Numbered from the stretch's first letter, positions 45,866-54,572 are shown. The stretch is DNA of 64,000 nucleotides from Deltaproteobacteria bacterium (GCA_003973265.1 QNYZ01000036.1:3434-67433), one strand, 5' to 3'. A program made the numbers and translations. Notes: generated from the sequence alone by a model not told the origin.

Positions 45866-47578
45866 TCAGGCAGGTATGATTTCCGGGTAGCTTAACATAA
45901 GCATGCCGTAGCCACCCTGGATATTCCGGGTACGGGTAATCCCCCTGCTCCCTAAAAAAATCTGGGTTTCAAATGAACGGAGGCCTGTATCACATAATAG
46001 GCAGAGGGGTTGATCTACCGGCAGTTCTCCAAAGCGGTCCGGCAACTCCTCCTGGGGAATGTTTATCCACCGGTCTCCATATTTTTCAATAAATGGCCGG
46101 GATTCGATCTTCCCCCGCACATCCAGCACCCTTACCTCATTTTTCTCCAGCTTCTTTACCAGATCCGCCACATCAATGGGGATATTTCTGCCGAGAATAA
46201 TATTTTCAAGGGTGTTTCCTGCGGCGTTGACGACATCCATGGCCGAAGCATAGGGCGGTGCATATGATACTTCAAGGTTGGAAACTCCGGAGACATCCGC
46301 GTTGTATTGGAAAAGGGCTGCCACCGCATCCACCCGCGCTTTGACTGCATCCCCTTTTGATCCGACAGCTTCTATCCCTAATAATTTTCTCGTGTTACGG
46401 TCGGCAATCAGTTTAATAAATATCAACGCATGATCCGGATAAAAATGAGCATGTTCAGACTGAGCGACGACGGCATAGACCGGATCAAAGCCGGCATCTT
46501 CTGCCTGCTTGACGGTCAGCCCGGCCCGGGCAATACCCATGTCGAAAACTTTGAGACAAAAAGTGCCTACCGTCCCTTTGAATTCCTCCCATCCACCATT
46601 GAGGTTGGTGCCGATAATCCTGCCCTGGCGGTTGGCCAGCGATCCCAGGGGCATGGGTAGACGCTGACCGCTCACCAGGTGGGTCATTTCGATACAATCC
46701 CCGCCCGCATAAATATTGGGATCAGTTGTTCGCAAACGCTTATCCACCAGTATCCCCCCGTACATGCCGATGGCAAGTCCGGCTTCCCTGGCAATCTGTG
46801 AACTGGGTCGTACCCCCACCGCCACGATTACCAAATCACAGGGAATTTCAGATTTATTGGTTTTAACACCGGTTACACCGGTTTTTTCATCGCCCAGGAT
46901 GCGGGTCACGCCTTCTTCAAGGAGAATATTGACCCCTTTTTCCGTCATATGATTTTCAATCAGACGGCTCATGTCTTTTCCAAAAGCCGGAGGGAGCAGT
47001 TGATCCATCATCTCAATCAATGTGGTTTCAACATCCCATAGATCGGTAAGGGATTCGGCCAGTTCCACACCGATGGCACCGCCACCGATCACGACCGCCC
47101 TGCTGACCTTGCCTTTGGATATCATGTCTTTAACCTGGATGGCGTTGTGCAGATTGGCCATCACCGTCACGCCCGGAAGGTCGACACCGGGAATCGGCGG
47201 CTGAACCGGGGTGGAACCGGTGGCCAGAACAAGCCGGTCATATGCCATCTCTTCGGTTTCGTCGTTATCCAGGTGCCGTACAAGGGCTATTTTTGCCTTT
47301 CGATCAATCGAGATCAGCTCGGTACGGCAGAGCAACTTCACATCTTTGCATTTTTCAAAAAACTCCCGGTCTCTCACATGGTGGGAGGCAGTAGAATAAA
47401 GACCTTCGATGTCTGTGACATCGCCTCCAACATAATAAGGAATGCCACATCCGCCATATGAAATCAGATAGTCTTTATCAATAATGGTTATCTCGGCGGA
47501 TGGATCCAGCCGTTTCAACCGGCAGGCAGCCTTGGGCCCGAGGGCCACCGCTCCCACAACGAGAACTTTGCGTGACAT
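45866..47578 (-). CDS. CoA-disulfide reductase / NADH-dependent persulfide reductase-type flavoprotein with a C-terminal rhodanese domain
   Basis: KVLVVGAVALGPKAA (FAD), SYGGCGIPYY (the redox Cys of the Nox/CoADR family), VIGGGAIGVELAE (NAD), and the C-terminal rhodanese loop LLCDTGLRS. AAAGGAG lies before ATG 47578. Confidence 0.8.
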   Translation of the reverse strand: MSRKVLVVGAVALGPKAACRLKRLDPSAEITIIDKDYLISYGGCGIPYYVGGDVTDIEGLYSTASHHVRDREFFEKCKDVKLLCRTELISIDRKAKIALVRHLDNDETEEMAYDRLVLATGSTPVQPPIPGVDLPGVTVMANLHNAIQVKDMISKGKVSRAVVIGGGAIGVELAESLTDLWDVETTLIEMMDQLLPPAFGKDMSRLIENHMTEKGVNILLEEGVTRILGDEKTGVTGVKTNKSEIPCDLVIVAVGVRPSSQIAREAGLAIGMYGGILVDKRLRTTDPNIYAGGDCIEMTHLVSGQRLPMPLGSLANRQGRIIGTNLNGGWEEFKGTVGTFCLKVFDMGIARAGLTVKQAEDAGFDPVYAVVAQSEHAHFYPDHALIFIKLIADRNTRKLLGIEAVGSKGDAVKARVDAVAALFQYNADVSGVSNLEVSYAPPYASAMDVVNAAGNTLENIILGRNIPIDVADLVKKLEKNEVRVLDVRGKIESRPFIEKYGDRWINIPQEELPDRFGELPVDQPLCLLCDTGLRSFETQIFLGSRGITRTRNIQGGYGMLMLSYPEIIPA

Positions 47579-48005
47579 CGCGACTCCTTTCAAAATTACA
47601 ATATAATCTTTTGCAATGAGATAATTTCATGCACCCCATCTCTATTTTTAAATCCGCTTCGATTTACCCCACGCAATGAAGCCGGTCAAGGAACAATTCT
47701 TTATCGTAATTATTCAGCGAAATACACACCAAGTACCATTCCTGGACCCGGTTCTGCAGGGATTATTATCCGTCAGGGATCGAACTCACCATGGTTGTAG
47801 CCTATCTGATCCTTTCCGGTTGACACTTCTGACGGCATCGGGTTATCTGGATCAGGCGCTTCAACTGATATGATCGAAAAAGAGCAGAGCGGAAGAAAAC
47901 GCCACCGGTGCCGGAAACCTGAATAATCGCGTCCGATTCGGCCGTATTGACCAACCTGCTACCGATAAGTGGCTTTTTATCATTAACGGATTGCTTGAAG
48001 AGATA

Positions 48006-48863
48006 ATGCAAATGTCGTCAACGAGCGGGAATCATTCGGTTTTATCATACATTGTCCTGATGTGCACCGTGCTGCTGTTCCGTCCCCCCGGTGCGTATGG
48101 CGGATGGTCGCCTGCACCGGGAACGACTTGGCAGTGGCAGCTTTTCGGGCAAATCGACACGTCCATCGATGTTCAGATGTATGATATCGATCTGTTTGAT
48201 ACGGCGCAATCGGTCATTGACCGGCTGCACGCCGACGGCCGTGTCGTCATCTGTTACTTCAGCGCCGGATCCCTGGAAGATTGGCGGCCGGATGCGGGAA
48301 ATTTTCCACCAGAAGTTGTCGGTAAACCGTTGGCCGGATGGCCCGGTGAAAAATGGCTGGATATCCGCCGCATCGATGTTCTCGGGCCGATCATGCAGGC
48401 GCGTCTTGATCTGGCCGTCAGCAAACAATGTGACGGCGTGGAGCCGGACAACATGGATGCCTATCAAAACGATGCAGGATTTCCCCTGACTGCGTCCGCG
48501 CAACTGGCGTACAATCGTTATATTGCGCACCAGGCACATCTGCGGAACCTCTCCGTCGGCCTGAAAAACGATCTCGACCAGGTTCCACAACTGGTGGGTG
48601 ATTTCGACTGGGCGCTGAATGAAGAATGTTTCGCCTATAACGAATGCGATGCGCTTGATCCGTTCATCCAGGCGCGCAAGGCCGTGTTTGGCGTAGAGTA
48701 CCAGGGGCATCCTGGTGTGTTCTGTCCGCAGGCCGCGGCAAAACATTTCAGCTGGATGAAAAAAAGCTTGATTCTCGACGCATGGCGGGTGGCCTGCCCG
48801 GTTGATCCCGTATCGGGCGCCGATCCCGCCCCGTTGGCACCGATACTCTATCTCCTGCAATGA
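48006..48863 (+). CDS. Secreted glycoside hydrolase family 114 (endo-alpha-1,4-polygalactosaminidase-like)
   Basis: Signal peptide ...VLMCTVLLFRPPGAYG, then WQWQLFGQIDTS...YDIDLFD...VICYFSAGSLEDWRPD...GEKWLDIR...DGVEPDNMDAY...LSVGLKNDL...ALNEECFAYNEC, the GH114 pattern. Confidence 0.75.
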   Translation: MQMSSTSGNHSVLSYIVLMCTVLLFRPPGAYGGWSPAPGTTWQWQLFGQIDTSIDVQMYDIDLFDTAQSVIDRLHADGRVVICYFSAGSLEDWRPDAGNFPPEVVGKPLAGWPGEKWLDIRRIDVLGPIMQARLDLAVSKQCDGVEPDNMDAYQNDAGFPLTASAQLAYNRYIAHQAHLRNLSVGLKNDLDQVPQLVGDFDWALNEECFAYNECDALDPFIQARKAVFGVEYQGHPGVFCPQAAAKHFSWMKKSLILDAWRVACPVDPVSGADPAPLAPILYLLQ

Positions 48864-48986
48864 TACGAATAAAAGCGGGGTTTACATATCAGCGATGAAT
48901 ATTCAGCCGTGGTACCCGGCGGCCACCGGGAGCGGGTGATAAGCCCATATTGAGCTGGTTGATATGGCTGACCGATTAAGCGGCAG

Positions 48987-49274
48987 GTGTCCAAACGAGG
49001 ATCGGTGATGACAAGGAATTTACTTTCAGAAAAGATAAGAGATCTTGCCGGTTCCACGGATAATAAGATTGAACTGACATGGCTAAAGGCCCGGGAAAAG
49101 CCTTATGGCCTCGGAGACGAAGAATTCCACATTGCCTTCATCGCTGACGAATTTAATACAGCCCATGCCCTGCACACGGAAATGGACTGCATCTGTTACG
49201 AAAACAGGGAAATGGGCATCTATTTCATCAAAGACCCGGATGGATACTGGCTTGAAATTGTTCCTAAAAGATAA
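48987..49274 (+). CDS. VOC/glyoxalase I-like protein, apparently lacking the N-terminal beta-alpha-beta module (possible pseudogene)
   Basis: IELTWLKAREKPYGLGDEEFHIAFIADEF...GIYFIKDPDGYWLEIVPK aligns with the second half of glyoxalase I-type proteins. A possible N-terminal piece (HIELVDMADRLS) lies upstream in another frame. Confidence 0.45.
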   Translation: MSKRGSVMTRNLLSEKIRDLAGSTDNKIELTWLKAREKPYGLGDEEFHIAFIADEFNTAHALHTEMDCICYENREMGIYFIKDPDGYWLEIVPKR

Positions 49275-49343
49275 TCATGTTTTCTGTAAAAAAACATGAC
49301 AACGCATCGCAAATCTGTCTTGAATCAGAGGGTTTTATATTTT

Positions 49344-49802
49344 TTACCATACCTCGGTATAGGCAATATCCACAAAGCTTTGTTCCATCTTAAATTTATG
49401 CGCTCTTTCCATGGAAGCAAGGTCGAGAAAGACGGCTTTTAATTCCGGGTTCTCGCAATTTTCTGCAAGGCTGGTATATTTTTTCATGGCGATCTCTTCG
49501 CTTTTCATGGCGAGTGCGATGGCTTCCTTCAGGTCCATTTCATCATTGACTTCAGGCATTTCAATCGTTTCCGACACCTTGTAATCTTTTTCAAAGTCAA
49601 AATGGAGGCGTTGCAGTTTCCCCTGATTTAAAATATCGTTTAAAATTATCTCATGTTTCTCTTCTTCTTTGGAAAATTTCTCAAACACCCCCTGGAGGTA
49701 CGGATCTTTTATCTTCTTTGAAATTTTAGCGTAAAATTCCTTGGCTTCAATTTCATTTTTAATGGCATCTGAAATCACACTTTTGTATTCTTCAAAATCC
49801 AT
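49344..49802 (-). CDS. Ferritin-like / rubrerythrin-family diiron four-helix-bundle protein
   Basis: MDFEEYK...EIEAKEFY...KEEEKHEIIL...SEEIAMKKY...MERAHKF, i.e. two E...ExxH half-sites. AT-rich gene. Confidence 0.7.
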   Translation of the reverse strand: MDFEEYKSVISDAIKNEIEAKEFYAKISKKIKDPYLQGVFEKFSKEEEKHEIILNDILNQGKLQRLHFDFEKDYKVSETIEMPEVNDEMDLKEAIALAMKSEEIAMKKYTSLAENCENPELKAVFLDLASMERAHKFKMEQSFVDIAYTEVW

Positions 49803-50009
49803 GGCGGCCCTCCTGACGATGATATTCAAAATGATTTGTCCCACGAATCAAAATTTAGCTTTAATGTCTAAATGTCAATATTTCTAGATATCTTATCTTA
49901 TAAGAAATGTGACTGCAAGCAGAATGGATTTTTTCATGGACAGGGTAAATCTGAGGCCGGCCCGTGGATATGGTGCCTGATTTGTCGCTCTTTCCTGATA
50001 AAGGATCTG

Positions 50010-50044
50010 AAAAAGCTGCCGGACGATCATTTGTGTCCGGCAGC
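50010..50044 (-). terminator. Rho-independent terminator downstream of the lipoprotein gene
   Basis: GCTGCCGGAC-N10-GTCCGGCAGC (perfect 10-bp stem), followed on the minus strand by TTTTTC. Confidence 0.75.
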
Positions 50045-50060
50045 CGCGATACGCCTTTTT

Positions 50061-50789
50061 TTACAGGTCGAATACCAGTGAATGGACCTTCCCGGTTTCC
50101 TTTTCAATCAATTGAATTCTCAGTTTTCGAACGGATGTGGCCTCGCCGGGGAAAAACAGCACGCCGTAAGCCAGCGATCCAGGTGAAATCTCTTTGTTTT
50201 CCAGCGATTTGGAACGAAGATCCTGGGCAATATAGTGCATGGCCTGGTTGTCGCTATAGCCTTCAATACCGCCCATGGTCCCGCCGGCTGCCCCGCCGAC
50301 CGCAGCCCCCTTGCCGATTGCCTCAAGGACATCCTCGCCGGTGACAATGCCGACCGCCGCACCGATCACCGCCCCGGCCACGGCACCCAGCAGGCCTTTT
50401 TGGGCTCCCTGTTTGAATGCTTCGTTCGTATGGGCGTATTTGGTGGCGCGTTCATGGGCGATGGCCTGGTTCAATATCGGCCACAGGTTGCCGTCTGATT
50501 CTTCCAGCAGGGCCTCTGCGGCATTCATTTCCAGGTGGTTCGTTCCCTGGTTATCAATGATTACCTGGACCGGGAGGATACCGGCCCCGCGAATATCAAA
50601 TCCAAAGGCCTTCCATGCCGTTTCGTTGTCGACATACGCCCGGGCGGCAATTTGGACGCCATCCAGCGTTACCACGTTCGGGTATGCCGATGGCGCCTTG
50701 AAGGGAATGGGTGTCGCTTTATATGCGGTGGCACAGCCGGATATAACAAAGGCAATCAAAACAACGATGATAGATACTGATTTTTTCAT
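50061..50789 (-). CDS. Lipoprotein with a central glycine-zipper segment, unknown function
   Basis: Lipobox LIAFVISGC, AAGGAGAAAAA RBS, and GLLGAVAGAVIGAAVGIVTG...GKGAAVGGAAGGTMGG. Confidence 0.65.
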   Translation of the reverse strand: MKKSVSIIVVLIAFVISGCATAYKATPIPFKAPSAYPNVVTLDGVQIAARAYVDNETAWKAFGFDIRGAGILPVQVIIDNQGTNHLEMNAAEALLEESDGNLWPILNQAIAHERATKYAHTNEAFKQGAQKGLLGAVAGAVIGAAVGIVTGEDVLEAIGKGAAVGGAAGGTMGGIEGYSDNQAMHYIAQDLRSKSLENKEISPGSLAYGVLFFPGEATSVRKLRIQLIEKETGKVHSLVFDL

Positions 50790-50967
50790 TTTTTCTCCTT
50801 AAAGATAACTGTCTGGCATGGCATGTTTCTATCAAACAGGATATGGACCGGGTTTCGGGTTCGTCATTCTCTTTGACAGGATGACGATGATATCGACTTT
50901 TGTCAACCGGTTACGGGGCTGTCGAGTGTTGTCATACGATCTAATCCGTTTATTCATATTGCCCCCT

Positions 50968-51951
50968 TCAGCTCCGGTAATAAAAAGTCTCCCCGTGATT
51001 CAGGGGGATATAGCGATCCAGCAGCCCGGCTGATTCAAGTTCCCGGCGAAGTTCAATGGGGGGAAGGTAAACCGGTTCATTGCCCAGCCGGAAAGTTCCC
51101 CAGTGGACAATGATCAGGCGTCTGGCGCCCAACTCTTGAAATGCCTGCACGGTTTCCGCCGGGTCAAGGTGCTGATTTTTCATGAACCAGCGAGGGGCAT
51201 AGGCGCCCAGGTTGATAATGGCCAGATCAATGGAAAACTCTTTTCCGATATCACGGAAACCATCGAAATAGGCCGTATCTCCCGAGACATAAATAGTGGG
51301 GCCGCTGGCGGTCTTTATCAGGTACGATCCCCACAAGGATCGGTTGGGGCCGGTGACGGGATTACGCATCGTCCAGTGCTGGCAGGGAAGCAGGGTGATT
51401 TCCCGTTTTCCCTGCCGAAAGGATTCAAACCAGTCCAGATGGGTCCGGTTTTTCATCGACAGACCATTAAAAATATCGTTGTAACCCAGGGGTGAAATCA
51501 GGTGGGTCTCCCTGGAAAATGACGCCAGCGTCGGTTTGTCCAGATGGTCGTAATGACCATGGGAAATCAGGATATGATCGGGCCGGGGCATCTCTTTGAC
51601 CGCATGGGTCAGGGGGGTAAAATCCTTGATGAAAAAGTTAAGTCCGAAAAAAACAGGATCAACGAGAAAATATGTCTCCATATCCTTGATCATCAGACTG
51701 GCGTGATTTAAAAAGGTAACCGATAGTCCCTTTCCCTGTTTTACCGGCGTCCAGTCAATGGAAACCGGCATTTCGCGTTCTTTATTATACTCTGTTTTGA
51801 AATGATTTTTTGCAAAGAATTTCCACTTTAAAACCGGCCAGATACTTCCGGGAACTTTATCAATAAACGGGCTTATGAAATGATCCCCGTTATGATGAAT
51901 TTTTTTCCGCGCCATCTCTTTCAGCGACAACCCCTTCCATTCGGCGGTCAT
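50968..51951 (-). CDS. MBL-fold metallo-hydrolase (NAPE-PLD-like subgroup)
   Basis: ILISHGHYDHLD (HxHxDH) plus downstream His/Asp ligands (CQHWTMR, SGDTAYF, VHWGTF). Confidence 0.75.
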   Translation of the reverse strand: MTAEWKGLSLKEMARKKIHHNGDHFISPFIDKVPGSIWPVLKWKFFAKNHFKTEYNKEREMPVSIDWTPVKQGKGLSVTFLNHASLMIKDMETYFLVDPVFFGLNFFIKDFTPLTHAVKEMPRPDHILISHGHYDHLDKPTLASFSRETHLISPLGYNDIFNGLSMKNRTHLDWFESFRQGKREITLLPCQHWTMRNPVTGPNRSLWGSYLIKTASGPTIYVSGDTAYFDGFRDIGKEFSIDLAIINLGAYAPRWFMKNQHLDPAETVQAFQELGARRLIIVHWGTFRLGNEPVYLPPIELRRELESAGLLDRYIPLNHGETFYYRS

Positions 51952-52096
51952 TTACCCTCCTTTTTCCGTAGTATGAGAAATATTGAGACGTCCGCCAGAA
52001 GACAAAAGGCTCGATATCGTTAGTATCTTTCCCCCAAAATAATCTTTTTAATGAATCGCCGATGGGTCATGATCGGGCGCTTTTTGCCGCTTCAGT

Positions 52097-52349
52097 TATT
52101 TTCCTAAGACCGATCCTCCCTTCGCTGTCAGGGAGTAGATGTGTCGATCCGGTTTGCTCTCTTTTGTTTTTCAACCGACCGGGTGGCCAGTTCCTGATCG
52201 GCCAATCGTTTGAGAATCGGGTAAATTTGGCCGTAACTCCCGTTCCGGAAATTGCCGGTAATTTTTTCAAATTTCTTCATGATATCATAGCTGGACACGG
52301 CCCCCATGCCAAGCAGGCCCAATACGGCGTATCTGCTGTTTTCTCTCAT
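52097..52349 (-). pseudogene. PadR-family regulator with an apparent frameshift near the wing
   Basis: The track ORF (52128-52349) reads MRENSRYAVLGLLGMGAVSSYDIMKKFEKITGNFRNGSYGQIYPILKRLADQELA...KRANRIDTSTP*. The conserved wing/C-terminus continues in another frame (IYSLTAKGGSVLGK*, compare the PadR RKYYSLTEKG), with the shift near 52140. Confidence 0.5.
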
Positions 52350-52486
52350 CGTTTGTTTCCAGGCGTAATTATATATCTAAACAAGATCTATCTTTAAGAT
52401 ACAGATAGCGATTGATTTTGTCACGGTTATATTCAGGTGGTATCTTTTGATCCATCGCCATCATTTAAGGAAATAACAATTACAAT

Positions 52487-52528
52487 TATTTGCGCATATC
52501 AGCCACATATTGATGATATGCGCAAATA
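52487..52528. promoter_or_regulatory. Perfect 15-bp inverted repeat: candidate enhancer (UAS) for a sigma-54 activator, or a PadR operator
   Basis: TATTTGCGCATATCA-N12-TGATATGCGCAAATA, with a third half-site ATTTGCGC at 52533-52540. The centre is ~118 bp upstream of the -24 GG. Confidence 0.55.
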
Positions 52529-52623
52529 TCTCATTTGCGCCGATGATCAACCGCCGAGTAGAAGCAAGCATCCGGGCAGACATTATCGATGTTTCAGTAC
52601 AACGGGCATCATTCAGAATTTTC

Positions 52624-52638
52624 TGGCACGGTGTTTGC
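52624..52638 (+). promoter_or_regulatory. Sigma-54 (-24/-12) promoter
   Basis: cTGGCACGgtgtTTGCg gives GG-N10-GC spacing and matches the consensus YTGGCACGrNNNTTGCW at every specified position except the final W. It lies ~125 bp upstream of ATG 52763 on the same strand. Confidence 0.75.
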
Positions 52639-52762
52639 GTTCAGATGGGTGAACAGTTACCTCCTGCGCCTGCCGGCCAACCACCCGGAGCGGCCCACTG
52701 AGCCCGGCAAAATTTTGAGGGTGGATTGATTGGCATTTTGACGAGATTCTGAATGAGAGCTG

Positions 52763-53281
52763 ATGATGGAAAATTCAAAGCCGGACGATAAAAAAGAGCG
52801 GAGAAAGTCCCCCCTGGAAAATATTAACGGCCAGGTTTTCGAAAAATACAAAGAAGTGTTGAAGCGATTGCCCGACATCGGTCCGGTTTTGATGCTTTAT
52901 ATGCAGTCGGGTCACCGAAAATTTAACTTTATCAGCGATCTGGAATGGCTTTTGCTGCCGCCATTGATGCTGAAACAATGTAAATTGTATACGGAAAAGG
53001 GATTTCCAGTCAGCTATATTTCATGGGCCTTTCTCAATGAAACGGTAGAAAAACGTCTGATCAAGAACTGCGGCCGACTGTCGCCGGAAGACTGGAAATC
53101 CGGAAGCCGGTTGTGGTTGATTGACGTGGTGGCGCCGTTTGGCGGGGTTGAGCGAATGCTGGCCGACATCCGATTCAATCTTTTTCCGGATCGGCCTGTC
53201 CGGATTCTGGCCCGGGATCCGGCCACCGGTGGTGTCCACCTTCGAGAGTTGCCAATACCTGCAAAAAAGGAAGCAGATTGA
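52763..53281 (+). CDS. HlyC/RtxC-family toxin-activating lysine acyltransferase (orphan)
   Basis: 172 aa aligning by eye along E. coli HlyC: SGHRKF (HlyC PLHRNW, catalytic His), FPVSYISWAFLN (YPVAYCSWANLS), EDWKSGSRLWLIDVVAPFGG ([20 protein letters not shown]). Confidence 0.85.
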   Translation: MMENSKPDDKKERRKSPLENINGQVFEKYKEVLKRLPDIGPVLMLYMQSGHRKFNFISDLEWLLLPPLMLKQCKLYTEKGFPVSYISWAFLNETVEKRLIKNCGRLSPEDWKSGSRLWLIDVVAPFGGVERMLADIRFNLFPDRPVRILARDPATGGVHLRELPIPAKKEAD

Positions 53282-53411
53282 GGCCGCGGGCGTGACAGGA
53301 ACAGGCGGAAAACAAACCCAAGGGGCTATTGGCAGATCCTGGGCAGGCCGGGGTTTTCCCGGTGTAATTATTGATCACCCTCTTTGGCGGGCGGGCTGGA
53401 AAATTTCAAAA

Positions 53412-54572
53412 TCATCCCAGCAGATCCAACGCGGTTCGGCAATACATTTCAACACCCGTGGCCAGGATTTTTTCGTTAAAATCAAACCGGGCGTTATGGA
53501 TGGGCGATCCATTTTCACGGCCGGTTCCCAGGCAGAAGAAGCATCCCTTTGATCGTTCCAGGAAATAGGCCATGTCTTCGGCACCCATGGATGGGTTTGG
53601 TACAAGGGTCTGCTCTTTTCCCACGGTTGCCTCGGCACACCGACGTACCACCCTTGTCATTTCCGGATCGTTGATTAGCGGCGGGAATCCTTTTTCGAAC
53701 TTAAACTCGTATTGTGCATCCATGGCATTGCAGATTCCGGCAATAATCTTTTCGAGCCGCGAAGGCCAGGAATCCCAGACCTCTCGATCAAAGGTCCGCG
53801 TCGTGCCGCTCATCGTGGCGGTGTCGGGGATAACGTTAAATACAGTACCCGCATGAAAACTGCCCACGGTCACCACGGTCGGCGTGAGCGGGTTTATATG
53901 CCGGCTGGTAATTCGTTGAAGGGCGCCCACGACCTGACAACCGATCTCAAGGGCATCGACACACTGGTGGGGATAGGCGCCGTGACCGCCTTTGCCGATA
54001 ACAGTCAAATCAAATTGATCCATGGCAGCCATTAATACCCCGTCGCGCACGCCGATGGTCCCTTCCGGAATATCGGGCCAGACATGACATCCCACAGAAT
54101 AATCAACGGCCGGGTTTTTCATCACACCTTCCTCGATCATCGGCAGAGCGCCACCCGGCCCTTCCTCGGCCGGTTGAAAGACAAACCGGACCGTCCCGGA
54201 AAGCTGATCAGACAGCTCACAGATAATCTTTGCGGCGGTCAACACCATCGCCATATGCGCATCATGCCCGCAGGCGTGCATCACGCCATCATTCGTGGAG
54301 GAAAAGGGCCGGCCCGTCTTTTCGGTGATGGGCAGGGCGTCCATATCGGCCCGGATAAGCAGGTTTAACCCCGGTCTGCCGGTATCGAGAAATCCGACCA
54401 CGCCATACCCGGCAATGCCGGTTCGAAGGTCAAGCGGTAATTTATTCAGACAGTCGGTGACATACGCAGCCGTTTTTTCTTCGGAAAAGGCCAGTTCCGG
54501 AATACGATGCAAAAACCGACGATGCTCGACCACTTTCGACAGGTTTTTTTGGGCGATTTGTTTAATATTCAT
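53412..54572 (-). CDS. M20D-family amidohydrolase (aminoacylase / hippurate hydrolase-like)
   Basis: HRRFLHRIPELAFSE, IRADMDALPI and GVMHACGHDAHMAM. GGAG lies before ATG 54572. The track ORF's 5' extension overlaps the ABC ATPase gene. Confidence 0.8.
   Translation of the reverse strand: MNIKQIAQKNLSKVVEHRRFLHRIPELAFSEEKTAAYVTDCLNKLPLDLRTGIAGYGVVGFLDTGRPGLNLLIRADMDALPITEKTGRPFSSTNDGVMHACGHDAHMAMVLTAAKIICELSDQLSGTVRFVFQPAEEGPGGALPMIEEGVMKNPAVDYSVGCHVWPDIPEGTIGVRDGVLMAAMDQFDLTVIGKGGHGAYPHQCVDALEIGCQVVGALQRITSRHINPLTPTVVTVGSFHAGTVFNVIPDTATMSGTTRTFDREVWDSWPSRLEKIIAGICNAMDAQYEFKFEKGFPPLINDPEMTRVVRRCAEATVGKEQTLVPNPSMGAEDMAYFLERSKGCFFCLGTGRENGSPIHNARFDFNEKILATGVEMYCRTALDLLG

Noticed and set aside
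47776-47790. GGGATCGAACTCACC, reminiscent of a tRNA T-arm on the minus strand (possible tRNA gene or att-site remnant)
   Set aside because: I could not fold a T-stem, an acceptor stem or any other cloverleaf element around it, so it is probably fortuitous.
48045-48860. 271-aa ORF antisense to the GH114 gene
   Set aside because: The plus-strand frame carries the full GH114 motif series and a signal peptide. The minus-strand product is Arg/Gly/Pro-rich with no recognisable features.
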